Shown: in pieces, positions 47,765 through 57,709 of the stretch
Layout: every line of letters starts with the position of its first letter
Position numbering within the stretch: the first letter of the stretch is position 1
Source: an uncultured bacterium
Lineage (GTDB): Bacteria > Hydrothermota > Hydrothermia > UBA1063 > CAJXJZ01
Length of the DNA: 64,000 nt
Assembly (NCBI GenBank): GCA_913055745.1
Contig: CAJXJZ010000001.1
Location: 2,798 to 66,797, forward strand
Reading direction: 5' to 3'
The notes under the pieces: generated by a model
The model's input: only the letters and a program-made list of their open reading frames with translations
What the model was told of the DNA's origin: nothing
Databases searched by the model: none
Position numbers and translations under genes: made by a program

Positions 47765-49507
47765 ATGGAGAGTAAAAATGTAAACAATGTTCCACAAAAA
47801 AGTGATGATGATCTCTTGAAACTCATCAATGAATCCCTAAACATACCAAAAGAGGGAACAATCAAAAAAGGTGTTGTGGTAAAGGTGACCCCGCAGGAGG
47901 TATATGTTGACATCGGGTCTAAATCAGAAGGTGTTGCATCAATTACGGAATTCAAGGATGTCCAGATACAACCAGGAGATGAGGTTTTCGTGTACGTTGA
48001 CTCCTTGGATGGGCCAGATGGAAGAACCATCGTATCCAAACATAAAGCCGATTTTATAATGGCATGGGATAAAATCAAGGATGCATACCAAAATAACCAA
48101 ACGGTTGAAGGTAAGGTCCAGAGACAGGTTAAAGGTGGACTGATGGTAGAGGTTTTTGGTGTATCAGCCTTCCTTCCAGGTTCACAAATTGATGTAAAAA
48201 AGGTAAGATCAATTTCTTCATTTGTCGGTAAAGATATAAAGGTAAAAGTAATTAAGATCAATAGGGCAAGAAAGAATATAGTTGTATCAAGAAAAGAAGT
48301 GATTGAGGAAGAGCGGGAAAAACTAAGAGAGAAACTCTTCGAACTCAAAGAAGGTCAAATTGTAAAATGTAGGGTTACATCTATTCAAGATTTCGGAGCA
48401 TTCTGCGAAGTAGAGGGTTTTGAAGGCATAGATGCAATGATACCTATATCTGAACTCTCCTGGACAAGGATTCAACATCCAGAAGAAGTTGTAAAACAAG
48501 ATGATGAACTTGAAGTAAAGGTTATAGATGTTGATCAAAAGGAACTTAAAATAACCCTCAGTCTAAAACAACTCATGCCGCATCCATGGGAAAAGGTTAA
48601 AGAAAAGTATCCAATAGGCTCAAAGGTAAAGGGAATTGTTAAGAAAATAGTGGAGTATGGATTTTTTGTTGAACTTGAACCAGGCATAGAAGGACTTGTG
48701 CATATATCTGAAATGAAATGGGGAAACCCACCTGCACATCCATCTGAATTGGTAAATGAAGGCGATAAGGTTGAACTCGTTGTTCTTAATGTAGAAGTGG
48801 AAAAGCAACGGATATCACTTGGAATGAAGCAAGCAAAACCAGACCCATGGTCAGTAGTAGATGAGAAGTATCCAGTGGGATCAATAACCAAAGGTACTGT
48901 TAAGGATTTTACAGACTATGGAGCAATTATTGAACTTGAGGAAGGTATTGAGGGCTTCCTTCATGTGGGAGATATTTCATGGACCCAGAGATTCAAATCA
49001 CCAAAAGAGGCATTGAGATTGGGACAGAAGACAAAAGTGAAAATCCTTAATATTGACAAAAAGGATAGGTATATTGAACTCGGAATCAAACAACTTTACC
49101 CAAATCCATGGGAAGATATTATGAAAAAGATTCCAGCAGGCACTGATTTACAGGCTACAGTTAAAGAGGTAAGCCAGAGAGGTGTGCTCGTTCAAGTTGA
49201 CGAAGGACTTGAAGGTTATGTCCCTGCTTCACAATTACATAAAAAGGGAGACCCAAGAGAAAATTATAAAGAGGGAGATGTGCTAAATCTAAGGGTTCTT
49301 AAGGTTGAACCGCATAGAAAAAGGGTATTGCTTTCAGAAAAAGAGTTTTATAGGGCACAGGAAAAAGTGGATGTAGAAAAATATAGATCACAGCCAGCAA
49401 AAATTAACCTGGGCGAGATACTAAAAACAGAAATAGAAAAACTCAGAGAACTGCGTGAGGGCACAGAAGAGGAAGAGAACCAGACTTCGGAAGAAGATAA
49501 AGAGTAG
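47765..49507 (+). CDS. rpsA: 30S ribosomal protein S1
   Basis: Six S1 domain repeats. RBS AGGAGG. Conserved cmk-ispH-rpsA synteny. Confidence 0.9.
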   Translation: MESKNVNNVPQKSDDDLLKLINESLNIPKEGTIKKGVVVKVTPQEVYVDIGSKSEGVASITEFKDVQIQPGDEVFVYVDSLDGPDGRTIVSKHKADFIMAWDKIKDAYQNNQTVEGKVQRQVKGGLMVEVFGVSAFLPGSQIDVKKVRSISSFVGKDIKVKVIKINRARKNIVVSRKEVIEEEREKLREKLFELKEGQIVKCRVTSIQDFGAFCEVEGFEGIDAMIPISELSWTRIQHPEEVVKQDDELEVKVIDVDQKELKITLSLKQLMPHPWEKVKEKYPIGSKVKGIVKKIVEYGFFVELEPGIEGLVHISEMKWGNPPAHPSELVNEGDKVELVVLNVEVEKQRISLGMKQAKPDPWSVVDEKYPVGSITKGTVKDFTDYGAIIELEEGIEGFLHVGDISWTQRFKSPKEALRLGQKTKVKILNIDKKDRYIELGIKQLYPNPWEDIMKKIPAGTDLQATVKEVSQRGVLVQVDEGLEGYVPASQLHKKGDPRENYKEGDVLNLRVLKVEPHRKRVLLSEKEFYRAQEKVDVEKYRSQPAKINLGEILKTEIEKLRELREGTEEEENQTSEEDKE

Positions 49508-50716
49508 TTGAAAAGATTTTTTATAAAAACCTTTGGTTGCAGGCTGAACCAGTATCAATCAGAAAAAATAGCAGAACATCTTTCAGCCTGCAACCTTCTA
49601 CAGGTTAAAAATCCTGATAAAGCCGATATTGTAATTGTCAATGGTTGTGTTGTAACACATAAAGGTGAAAGAGACACAAGAAAATTTATCAATAAATATG
49701 CGAAAAAAGGTAAACAGGTTGTTGCTACAGGTTGTTATATAAAGCTTCCCTATGTAAGGGCATCACATAATGTTTCTTTCCTTAGTTTCAATGATATAAA
49801 AAAGGTATTTGTACCTCAAAAAGAGCTCCTTTCCCATCAATCAAGGCATAGGGTTTTAATAGGCATACAAGAAGGGTGCAATTTTAGGTGCTCCTACTGT
49901 ATTGTGCCTTTTGTAAGAGGTCCATCCAAAGACCGTAACAAAGAAGATATCTTGCGGGAGATAGCATCCTACACAGAGCAAGGAGCACGGGAGATAGTAA
50001 TAACAGGAACTGAAATAGGTGGATACGGCAGGGAGCAGAACACGAATTTGGCCAAACTGGTAAGGGAAATAAAAGATGCATTTCCTCTACTTAAAATTAG
50101 ACTCTCCTCTCTCCTACCCCTCTATGTCACAGAAGAAGTAATATCACTGTTTAAGGAAGGTATAGTGCTCCCTCATATACATTTACCACTTCAGTCAGGC
50201 TCCCGGGATGTTTTAAAGGACATGAAAAGACCGTATAAACTTGAAAGATTTATATGGGCTTTTGAAAAACTATACCAGTCTCATCCAAACATGGCCATTG
50301 GCACTGATATAATTGTTGGCTACCCGACAGAAACAGAAAAAGATTTTGAAATGACATATAAACTTATTGATAAACTACCTTTTGCCTACGCACATGTTTT
50401 TTTATACTCAAAAAGGCCATTCACACAATCTTTTCACTTAAAAGAGTTACCTTACAAGGTTATAAAATCACGAGAAAAAAAGCTGTTAAGACTGGTATCT
50501 ATTAAGAAAAAACGTTTTCTACAAAGATTCATAGGGCAATACCTCTATGGCATGATTGAAAAGAAAGAAAATAATATCTTAAAAGGAACAACTGAAAACT
50601 ATATAAAATTCATTGCAGATGGCAGATATAACTTTGTGCCTGGCCAATATGTAAAAATCAAAATAATCGGGATTGAGCACAACTATGCAAAAGGCGTAAT
50701 AGAAAATCTATCTTAA
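49508..50716 (+). CDS. radical SAM methylthiotransferase, MtaB-like
   Basis: N-terminal TFGCRLNQYQSE and radical SAM motif CNFRCSYC. A TRAM-like C-terminus. Confidence 0.7.
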   Translation: MKRFFIKTFGCRLNQYQSEKIAEHLSACNLLQVKNPDKADIVIVNGCVVTHKGERDTRKFINKYAKKGKQVVATGCYIKLPYVRASHNVSFLSFNDIKKVFVPQKELLSHQSRHRVLIGIQEGCNFRCSYCIVPFVRGPSKDRNKEDILREIASYTEQGAREIVITGTEIGGYGREQNTNLAKLVREIKDAFPLLKIRLSSLLPLYVTEEVISLFKEGIVLPHIHLPLQSGSRDVLKDMKRPYKLERFIWAFEKLYQSHPNMAIGTDIIVGYPTETEKDFEMTYKLIDKLPFAYAHVFLYSKRPFTQSFHLKELPYKVIKSREKKLLRLVSIKKKRFLQRFIGQYLYGMIEKKENNILKGTTENYIKFIADGRYNFVPGQYVKIKIIGIEHNYAKGVIENLS

Positions 50717-51628
50717 ATACTGAGACTCAATTGCCTTTACCATCAAATAAGCATTTTTGATTTTGGGAACATTAACTTTATACTCCTCAGAAAGGTCAAG
50801 GATATATCCAATGATATCATCTATTTCTGTTCTCCTTTTCCACTCTATATCCTGAAGCATTGAAGACTTATTATTTTCCGTTCTACGGATAACATCATAA
50901 ATCACTTCTTTCAATCTATCATGATCTTTTAAACGAAGTTTAAACGCAAGGGAATCAATTTCAGAAATCATACCGTCTGCAAGTTCTTTTGCATATTTGT
51001 TATTTACAATATCACCATTTTTTATTCTCAAAATCGCAGTTATAGGATTTATTATTGCATTTACAAAGAGTTTCCTGTAAAGGACTGAAAAGGCATCTTT
51101 CTCTATGCTTATATCAAATCCAGCATGTTCAAATATACTTTTAATACTACCTGTGTCTAAGGATGGAGAAAAAGATGTTATTATATTCTTTCCATGCCCT
51201 GTTAAACGCACTTGATTTAAAGAAAAAGCAAAAGCGGCATCATACAAAGACAGAATTATATGCCTTTTCTCCCCAACCAACTTAGATGCCTCAATATGAG
51301 GAATAATACCATTTTGTATTGTTATAAATGATGCCGAATCAGGTACCATATCTTTTATTTTCTCCAAAGCCCCCTTAGCATCATAACTTTTAGTTGCAAT
51401 TATAACATAATCTGCCTCAATTGGATGGTCCAACCTACTAAATTGCCACACCCCATCACATTTAACTTTGATATGATGTTCCTTTTCAAATAGCATAATC
51501 CCTTCCCTATCTAAGATGTTTACGCGAATCGGATTTCTTACCACAAAGAATACCTCATTATGCTTTTGCTTAAGACGTGCCCCAAGCATTGATCCTATAG
51601 CACCCTGCCCAACAATGAGAAACCTCAT
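50708..51628 (-). CDS. panE: 2-dehydropantoate 2-reductase
   Basis: N-terminal Rossmann motif FLIVGQGAIGSMLGARL. ApbA-type length. Confidence 0.75.
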   Translation of the reverse strand: MRFLIVGQGAIGSMLGARLKQKHNEVFFVVRNPIRVNILDREGIMLFEKEHHIKVKCDGVWQFSRLDHPIEADYVIIATKSYDAKGALEKIKDMVPDSASFITIQNGIIPHIEASKLVGEKRHIILSLYDAAFAFSLNQVRLTGHGKNIITSFSPSLDTGSIKSIFEHAGFDISIEKDAFSVLYRKLFVNAIINPITAILRIKNGDIVNNKYAKELADGMISEIDSLAFKLRLKDHDRLKEVIYDVIRRTENNKSSMLQDIEWKRRTEIDDIIGYILDLSEEYKVNVPKIKNAYLMVKAIESQYLR

Positions 51629-51646
51629 ATCATAAACCTCTAATCT

Positions 51647-52180
51647 TTATCTACCATAAATTCTAAAGACAACCGAATCCTTTGTAATATCTTTTGATAA
51701 CCTTGCCCATACTCTATCTTTTTCTAAACCTAAGGACACGAGATATTTTTTAATATTAAGTACTTTTCTCGCAGCACTATGGTTTTTCCTATTTATTATT
51801 ACCCTTAAAGAATCAAATTTCCTATCCTTTATATTGGAATAAAACTCTTTTACAATCTCCTTGCCTCTTGTAGACAAATTATTCTTCCTAAAAAGATCCC
51901 TTATAGCGAATGAAAATGTTATATGTTCAATAGATTTACCACTATCTGAACCATTGTCCTCTGTAGAATCAGTTTGACTTTCTTTTAAATTTACGGATTT
52001 TTGGCAGGTTTCATATGCCCTATTCACCATGTCCTTTATATCATACTTTAACTTTAGATTCTCATCTTGAAGGCGTGCAAGCATAATACTTTTGGGTATG
52101 TAAACATACCTATAAATATAATAACCTGTAGCAGCAACGAGCATTAAAACAAATAGCAGAAACCATGTAAATGCCTTCAT
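51647..52180 (-). CDS. hypothetical membrane-anchored protein
   Basis: N-terminal TM helix. The C-terminus weakly resembles an OmpA-like fold. Open frame with a coding-like composition. Confidence 0.3.
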   Translation of the reverse strand: MKAFTWFLLFVLMLVAATGYYIYRYVYIPKSIMLARLQDENLKLKYDIKDMVNRAYETCQKSVNLKESQTDSTEDNGSDSGKSIEHITFSFAIRDLFRKNNLSTRGKEIVKEFYSNIKDRKFDSLRVIINRKNHSAARKVLNIKKYLVSLGLEKDRVWARLSKDITKDSVVFRIYGR

Positions 52181-52195
52181 ATAAAAATTATAAAG

Positions 52196-53014
52196 TCATA
52201 CATGCGAACTTCCACTTTTTTCAAACCAAACAATAAGAGGCCCAATCACAATATAAATAACGAAGAACAAAAACAGTGAAACTTCACGAATTAACCACAT
52301 AATACCAAAAACTGCAAATACATATAGAAAATATTGAATCTTGGGCTTTTGACCAAGAATGGTCTCAAGGGCATGTGGATACGACACATTAGATACCATC
52401 AAAAAGGCAAGTATGAGGACAAAAAACGGCAAAGCCCAATATAAAAAGGTATTAAAATTTTCTATGTGAGAACCGTTTAGAAATCTTCCAAATACCTGGT
52501 AAACAAAGGAATTTGGATCAACAAGTCCTATTTGAAGTATAACCAGTGATGCGAGAAACCCACCACCTGCAGGCGATGGAAGACCCTTGAAACTTTTGGG
52601 ATGTTCTGCCTTAACACTTGTCTCTACATTAAATCGTGCAAGTCTCAACAGAGCAGCAAGGACAAACAAGGTCAGTACTATATACAGCGTCCTTGAGTAA
52701 ACCTCTGGAAAACCTATTTTCATAAAAGATATATGTGCCCACACATAAACAAGCGCGCCAGGCGCAACCCCAAAAGAAACAGCATCACTCAAAGAATCAA
52801 GTTCAGCCCCAAACCTGCTTTGCTTATTTAAAATCCTCGCCACCTCTCCGTCAAAGGCATCAAACAAAATAGCGAGTATAATGAGCCAGGCTGATTTCTG
52901 TAAAAAGATAACCTTATCCGCAGAATAGTATATTGCAAACTTCACACTGTATAGAATAGATATGAAACCGAGCATTGCGTTTATAAGGGTAAAAAAGGTG
53001 GGTACTATGGGCAA
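52196..53014 (-). CDS. pssA: CDP-diacylglycerol--serine O-phosphatidyltransferase
   Basis: CDP-alcohol phosphatidyltransferase motif DAFDGEVAR ... G ... DSLSDAVSFG. Confidence 0.75.
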   Translation of the reverse strand: MPIVPTFFTLINAMLGFISILYSVKFAIYYSADKVIFLQKSAWLIILAILFDAFDGEVARILNKQSRFGAELDSLSDAVSFGVAPGALVYVWAHISFMKIGFPEVYSRTLYIVLTLFVLAALLRLARFNVETSVKAEHPKSFKGLPSPAGGGFLASLVILQIGLVDPNSFVYQVFGRFLNGSHIENFNTFLYWALPFFVLILAFLMVSNVSYPHALETILGQKPKIQYFLYVFAVFGIMWLIREVSLFLFFVIYIVIGPLIVWFEKSGSSHV

Positions 53015-53679
53015 TTTTTAACCCTCCCGAGCACCGTTAAACCTCCCTTAACATGCTCCCCCTTTTTAACAAGAACCTCAAACTCAACGTCCAAAGGTAA
53101 CCAGATCTCTCCCCTCGAACCAAACTTTACCATTCCTATCTTCTCTCCCTGTGTTATTCTATCCCCTTTATTAACTCTGCAAACAATCCTGCGGGCAAAC
53201 ACACCCGCTATCTGTTTAACCAAAATAGGAAAACCATAATCTGTTTTAATCCCAATAACATTGTTTTCATTCTTAGAAAGTGATGCTTCTTTTTGTGCAT
53301 TTAAAAACTGGCCTGGATGATGTTCTAAAAATATAACCTCTCCATTTATCGGGCTTCGCTGAACATGTACATCAAACATGGTCATGAAAATACTTACCCT
53401 TTGTGCTTTGCCCTTAAAAAAATACGGCTCTTCTGCTGTATCTATATGGGTTACATAACCATCACATGGAGAAAGTATAGCACAATCTCTGTATGTAATC
53501 TTTCTTTTTGGGTCTCTAAAGAAGAACAGAGTAAACAAAATAATTAACAAAGGTACAGAAATAAGGTATTTAAAAACAGAACTGCCTGTTATAACAAATA
53601 AAACGAAACATACGCCAAAAAGTAAACTGGCAAAAACAATACTTAATATGATCTCTCTTTTTCCATAAGGTGTTAACAT
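53005..53679 (-). CDS. psd: phosphatidylserine decarboxylase proenzyme (short archaeal-type)
   Basis: Self-cleavage motif FGSRGE near the C-terminus. It is adjacent to pssA. Confidence 0.7.
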   Translation of the reverse strand: MLTPYGKREIILSIVFASLLFGVCFVLFVITGSSVFKYLISVPLLIILFTLFFFRDPKRKITYRDCAILSPCDGYVTHIDTAEEPYFFKGKAQRVSIFMTMFDVHVQRSPINGEVIFLEHHPGQFLNAQKEASLSKNENNVIGIKTDYGFPILVKQIAGVFARRIVCRVNKGDRITQGEKIGMVKFGSRGEIWLPLDVEFEVLVKKGEHVKGGLTVLGRVKNCP

Positions 53680-53683
53680 GATA

Positions 53684-54202
53684 TCAGCCTCTATGATAAC
53701 ATCTTAATGTAACATATGCACCCAAACCGCCCAAGGCATATCCAGAGATGACATCACTAAACCAGTGTCTTTTAAGATAAATCCTTGAGGTACCAACCAA
53801 TAAAGCCCAAATATACAAAGGTATGCGATAACGCGGATACTTCTCTCCAAAATACACGGCTATAAAAGCGCTCATCTCAGCATGGCCTGAGGGAAAAGAG
53901 GAATTCCATCGTGAAGTTGTACCAGTGGGCCTTTTTCTGTCTGTTACATACTTTATAAGGACGCAGAGTCCAGAGGTAAGAGCACCACCGAAGATGGCTC
54001 CCTTTTGATTTGATATATCCGAAGAATCACCGAGTAATGTAAATAAAGCAGAGTATAAAAGAATGCTCTCTCTATTTGCAGACCTTGTGGCTGTTTTAAA
54101 AACCACATCACTAAAAGAACTATTTAGTTTATTTGATATGCTATAGGTCATAGTTGAATCCATTGTAAAAAGGGAAAATCCAATCAATAGAATATATATC
54201 AT
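53684..54202 (-). CDS. PAP2 family phosphatase
   Basis: Three PAP2 motifs: KRPTG, PSGH and KRHWFSDV. Confidence 0.75.
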   Translation of the reverse strand: MIYILLIGFSLFTMDSTMTYSISNKLNSSFSDVVFKTATRSANRESILLYSALFTLLGDSSDISNQKGAIFGGALTSGLCVLIKYVTDRKRPTGTTSRWNSSFPSGHAEMSAFIAVYFGEKYPRYRIPLYIWALLVGTSRIYLKRHWFSDVISGYALGGLGAYVTLRCYHRG

Positions 54203-54456
54203 TTCAAAAGTCCTTTTATGATTTCATCTTCTGTAAGTCCTTTCACTTCAATCACTTTACTCTTTGATGTTTGGCCTTTTACTATACTTATATCGCTCTT
54301 TGGCACCCTAAGTTTTTTACTTAAAAACGCAATGAGTTCCTGGTTGGCTTTCCCTCCAACCGGTGCACTTTTGAGTTTTATTCTAAGTTCATGATTTACC
54401 ATCTTAACCTCTACCTTTGATGAACCAGGTTTTACCCTTAAAGATACTCTTCCCAT
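54199..54456 (-). CDS. DUF167 (YggU) family protein
   Basis: 85 aa with the PVGGKANQELIAFLSK block typical of UPF0235. Confidence 0.7.
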   Translation of the reverse strand: MGRVSLRVKPGSSKVEVKMVNHELRIKLKSAPVGGKANQELIAFLSKKLRVPKSDISIVKGQTSKSKVIEVKGLTEDEIIKGLLK

Positions 54457-55412
54457 CTTCTAAATACCTTTTTAAATGCCGCTATAACCTCTTCCAATCT
54501 CCCTTCAATACTGCATCCTGCTGCATTTTTGTGTCCTCCACCACCAAACTCCCCACATAAAAGAGCGAGATCAACCTTTCCTTTTCCTCTTGCACTTACC
54601 TTCCATATCCCCTTTTCATACTCAATAAAATTCACACCAACTTCAACACCATCAATAGATACAACGTGTCTTACTATACCATCTGTATCTTCACCGTTGG
54701 CATTAGTCTCTTTAAAATCTTCATTTTTTATAAATGTATACGCCAATTTATCATTAAAATCAAAAGATAGTCTTTTAAGAGCCCGCATTAACAAGGCATA
54801 AAACGACTTTCTCTTTCTCTCATAAACAAGAAAGCCTATATCATCTATATGTGCCCTCTGTGAAAGATATAGGGCATCCTGGAAAGCCCAAGTAAAGAGA
54901 TTTGCATGAAGGAAAGAGACTGTGTCTGTTAAAAGTCCTGTATAAAACGCCCTTGCCACATTTTCATCAATATATCTCTCGTCCCATTTCTTGCACAATG
55001 CAAGGACAAGTGAAACTGTAGCAGGTGATTTTGTCTCAACGATATCGTATTCAGAATATATCTCACCCGTTTTGTGATGGTCAATGCGTATAATGGGTAT
55101 GTCAGGTTTTTCAAAACCTGTTCTTGAAAACTCGCTCGCATCAAGAAGAATGCACACATCACTTCCTTCGGTGGTCAGTTTTTTTTCAATAAGTTCCCTA
55201 CCATATAAGAATGTGTATTGATAAGGGATCCCATCCTTTAAAAAGCCTCTTACATTATAACCCATATTTTTCAAAAAAAGGGTAAAGCCAATCACGCTTC
55301 CTACGGCATCCCCATCAGGATGCACATGAGATACAAGGCATATCCTCTTAGAAGATAAATGGTTTACAAGTTTTTCTGTTTTTTTATTTACATACTCCAT
55401 CAAAGCCTCCAT
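54438..55412 (-). CDS. nrnA: DHH/DHHA1 phosphoesterase NrnA-like (oligoribonuclease / pAp phosphatase)
   Basis: HPDGDAVGS and DHH motifs. DHHA1 GGGH motif (FGGGGHKNAAG). Confidence 0.75.
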   Translation of the reverse strand: MEALMEYVNKKTEKLVNHLSSKRICLVSHVHPDGDAVGSVIGFTLFLKNMGYNVRGFLKDGIPYQYTFLYGRELIEKKLTTEGSDVCILLDASEFSRTGFEKPDIPIIRIDHHKTGEIYSEYDIVETKSPATVSLVLALCKKWDERYIDENVARAFYTGLLTDTVSFLHANLFTWAFQDALYLSQRAHIDDIGFLVYERKRKSFYALLMRALKRLSFDFNDKLAYTFIKNEDFKETNANGEDTDGIVRHVVSIDGVEVGVNFIEYEKGIWKVSARGKGKVDLALLCGEFGGGGHKNAAGCSIEGRLEEVIAAFKKVFRRWEEYL

Positions 55413-55512
55413 GATAAGTCAATATTATACTGGCATTATCATAAACCCGCAAAAAACTATGCCTTTTGGTTTCGTAAAAACTGCCTTAAAATATTTATTC
55501 AAAAGGAGAGGT

Positions 55513-56907
55513 ATGCATTTAATAGGACTTGTACTTTTGGCTTTTAGCACAATTCGTATTCCATACTTACATATAAAAAACAATGATTTATTGTCACTTT
55601 GGAGTATTTCAAGTAAATTTGACCTTGATACAGAGGTCACAGATTCTATAGTTCGTATATCCTTTGGAACAGATAATGTTTTTATAAATACAAGAGATCT
55701 GACTTATACAGGTAAAACAGAAGGCACATTGAAATCATTAAAAAAAGATTCTAATAATATATTCATTTCAGCAGAGGATATTGTATACATAACAGGTGTT
55801 TTGAAAGGTAAATATTATTATTGGGATGCAGAAAAGCACCGCATCATCGAATCAGGCTATTTTCCATCAATAAAAAAACTTAAAGTAAATAGGGAACAAA
55901 TAAGCATTATACATAATATAGATTTGGAGCCATCATCTAAAAGGATAGGCAAAAATATCTTAATCAATATCCCTTATGGTTTTTACTTTGGCCCACCTTT
56001 TCTCTATTTTGACAATGCAGAAGACCCTATAAAGAGCATAGAAATAACTTATACATCAAAAGGTACAATGTTTAAAGTACATCTCAGAAGAGATGTACCT
56101 TTAAAGATACTTAAATCCACTGGCCTATTTGTTCTAAAACTACAAGAAAGCACCAACACACCAACGGGTTCTACTAATAATGTAATAAAGCAAAAACAAC
56201 AAAATTATCACTCTAAGATAGATGTTATTGTAATAGATCCTGGGCACGGTGGCAAGGACCCAGGCGCTATTTCAAAGAGGGGAACAAGAGAAAAGGACAT
56301 AACACTCAGTATTGCAAAAAAATTAGCAAAGAAACTGAGAAAAAAAGGATTTAAGGTTATTTTGACGAGAGATAGAGATAAATTTCTCACATTGGGTGAA
56401 AGGGCAAGGATAGCCAACAAATCTAAATGTGACCTATTCATATCCATTCATGCAAATTATTCAAAAGGACAGCGTGCACATGGAATAGAGACATATTTTT
56501 TAAGCGAGGCACGAACAAAATGGGAAAGAAGCGTAGCAGCATTTGAAAACTCGGTTATTAAATATGAAATAAAAGAGCAGACACCGGGTAGGAACATACT
56601 AAAATGGATCTTAGGCGATATGGCACAGAACGAGTTTTTAAGGGAATCTCAAGACCTTGCAGCCTTTGTACAAAGAAGCGTAACAAAAAAGGCAGGTTCA
56701 CTTGATAGAGGCGTTAAGCAAGCAGGATTCTATGTACTTAGAGGTGTATATGCACCAAGTATTTTAATTGAAACAGGGTTTATTACGAATCCTAAGGAAG
56801 AAAAACTACTTAAAAGCAATAGGTATCAAAACAAAATTGCAGATGGTATTACAGAAGGTATATTAAAGTACAAAAGATACTATGAAAGAAAATACGGCAG
56901 GTTCTAA
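55513..56907 (+). CDS. N-acetylmuramoyl-L-alanine amidase (Amidase_3) with N-terminal beta domain
   Basis: IDPGHGGKDPGA and ISIHAN zinc-ligand blocks. The start is moved to ATG 55513, preceded by RBS AAGGAGAGG. Confidence 0.8.
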   Translation: MHLIGLVLLAFSTIRIPYLHIKNNDLLSLWSISSKFDLDTEVTDSIVRISFGTDNVFINTRDLTYTGKTEGTLKSLKKDSNNIFISAEDIVYITGVLKGKYYYWDAEKHRIIESGYFPSIKKLKVNREQISIIHNIDLEPSSKRIGKNILINIPYGFYFGPPFLYFDNAEDPIKSIEITYTSKGTMFKVHLRRDVPLKILKSTGLFVLKLQESTNTPTGSTNNVIKQKQQNYHSKIDVIVIDPGHGGKDPGAISKRGTREKDITLSIAKKLAKKLRKKGFKVILTRDRDKFLTLGERARIANKSKCDLFISIHANYSKGQRAHGIETYFLSEARTKWERSVAAFENSVIKYEIKEQTPGRNILKWILGDMAQNEFLRESQDLAAFVQRSVTKKAGSLDRGVKQAGFYVLRGVYAPSILIETGFITNPKEEKLLKSNRYQNKIADGITEGILKYKRYYERKYGRF

Positions 56908-57709
56908 TATCAGTATTGGCGTATTTGATTCGGGTATAGGGGGACTTACAGTAGTGAAGAAATTGCGTGAGAAGCTCCCTTATGTGAATATTGTGTATCT
57001 CGGAGATACAGCAAGGGTTCCTTATGGAACAAAATCAGAAGAGACTATTATAAGATTTGCCACAGAGGATACGGCCTTTCTTATTGAAAAAGAGGTTGAT
57101 TTAATCGTAGTAGCATGCAACACAGCATCAAGTGTCGCACTAACTCACCTAAGAAAGGCGTTTAAAGACTATCCCATCTTCGGGGTGGTTGAACCTGGTG
57201 TGAAAATGGCAATCCACGCAACTCAATCAAATAGTATTGGCGTAATAGGAACAATAGCCACCATAAAAAGCCATTCACACAAAAAGTTTCTTGAAAGAGA
57301 AGGAATAACAAACATCTTTGAAAAAGCCTGCCCACTCTTTGTTCCCCTGGCAGAAGAGGGATTATCAGAAGGTGAAATTCCAGAACTTGTTGCAAGACAC
57401 TATTTAGAAGATATTAAAGATCATATTGATACACTCATTCTCGGCTGCACTCATTATCCAATTCTCATAAAAACTATAAAAAAGGTTGTGGGTGAGAAGG
57501 TAAAACTCATAGACCCTTCAAGCGCATTAGCAGCAAAGGTCTCTGACTTTCTGATGTCTAAAAATATACAACCAGTAGAAGGTAATGGTAAACTTGATCT
57601 TTACCTAACAGATATACCACCCCATTATCACTCTTTATTAAACTTATTCCTTGGGTTTGAACCCGACACCATAGAAAAGGTTAATCTTTCAGAAATTTCA
57701 TCATGCTAA
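56882..57709 (+). CDS. murI: glutamate racemase
   Basis: IGVFDSGIGGLTV and ACNTAS catalytic cysteine motifs. Confidence 0.85.
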   Translation: MKENTAGSNISIGVFDSGIGGLTVVKKLREKLPYVNIVYLGDTARVPYGTKSEETIIRFATEDTAFLIEKEVDLIVVACNTASSVALTHLRKAFKDYPIFGVVEPGVKMAIHATQSNSIGVIGTIATIKSHSHKKFLEREGITNIFEKACPLFVPLAEEGLSEGEIPELVARHYLEDIKDHIDTLILGCTHYPILIKTIKKVVGEKVKLIDPSSALAAKVSDFLMSKNIQPVEGNGKLDLYLTDIPPHYHSLLNLFLGFEPDTIEKVNLSEISSC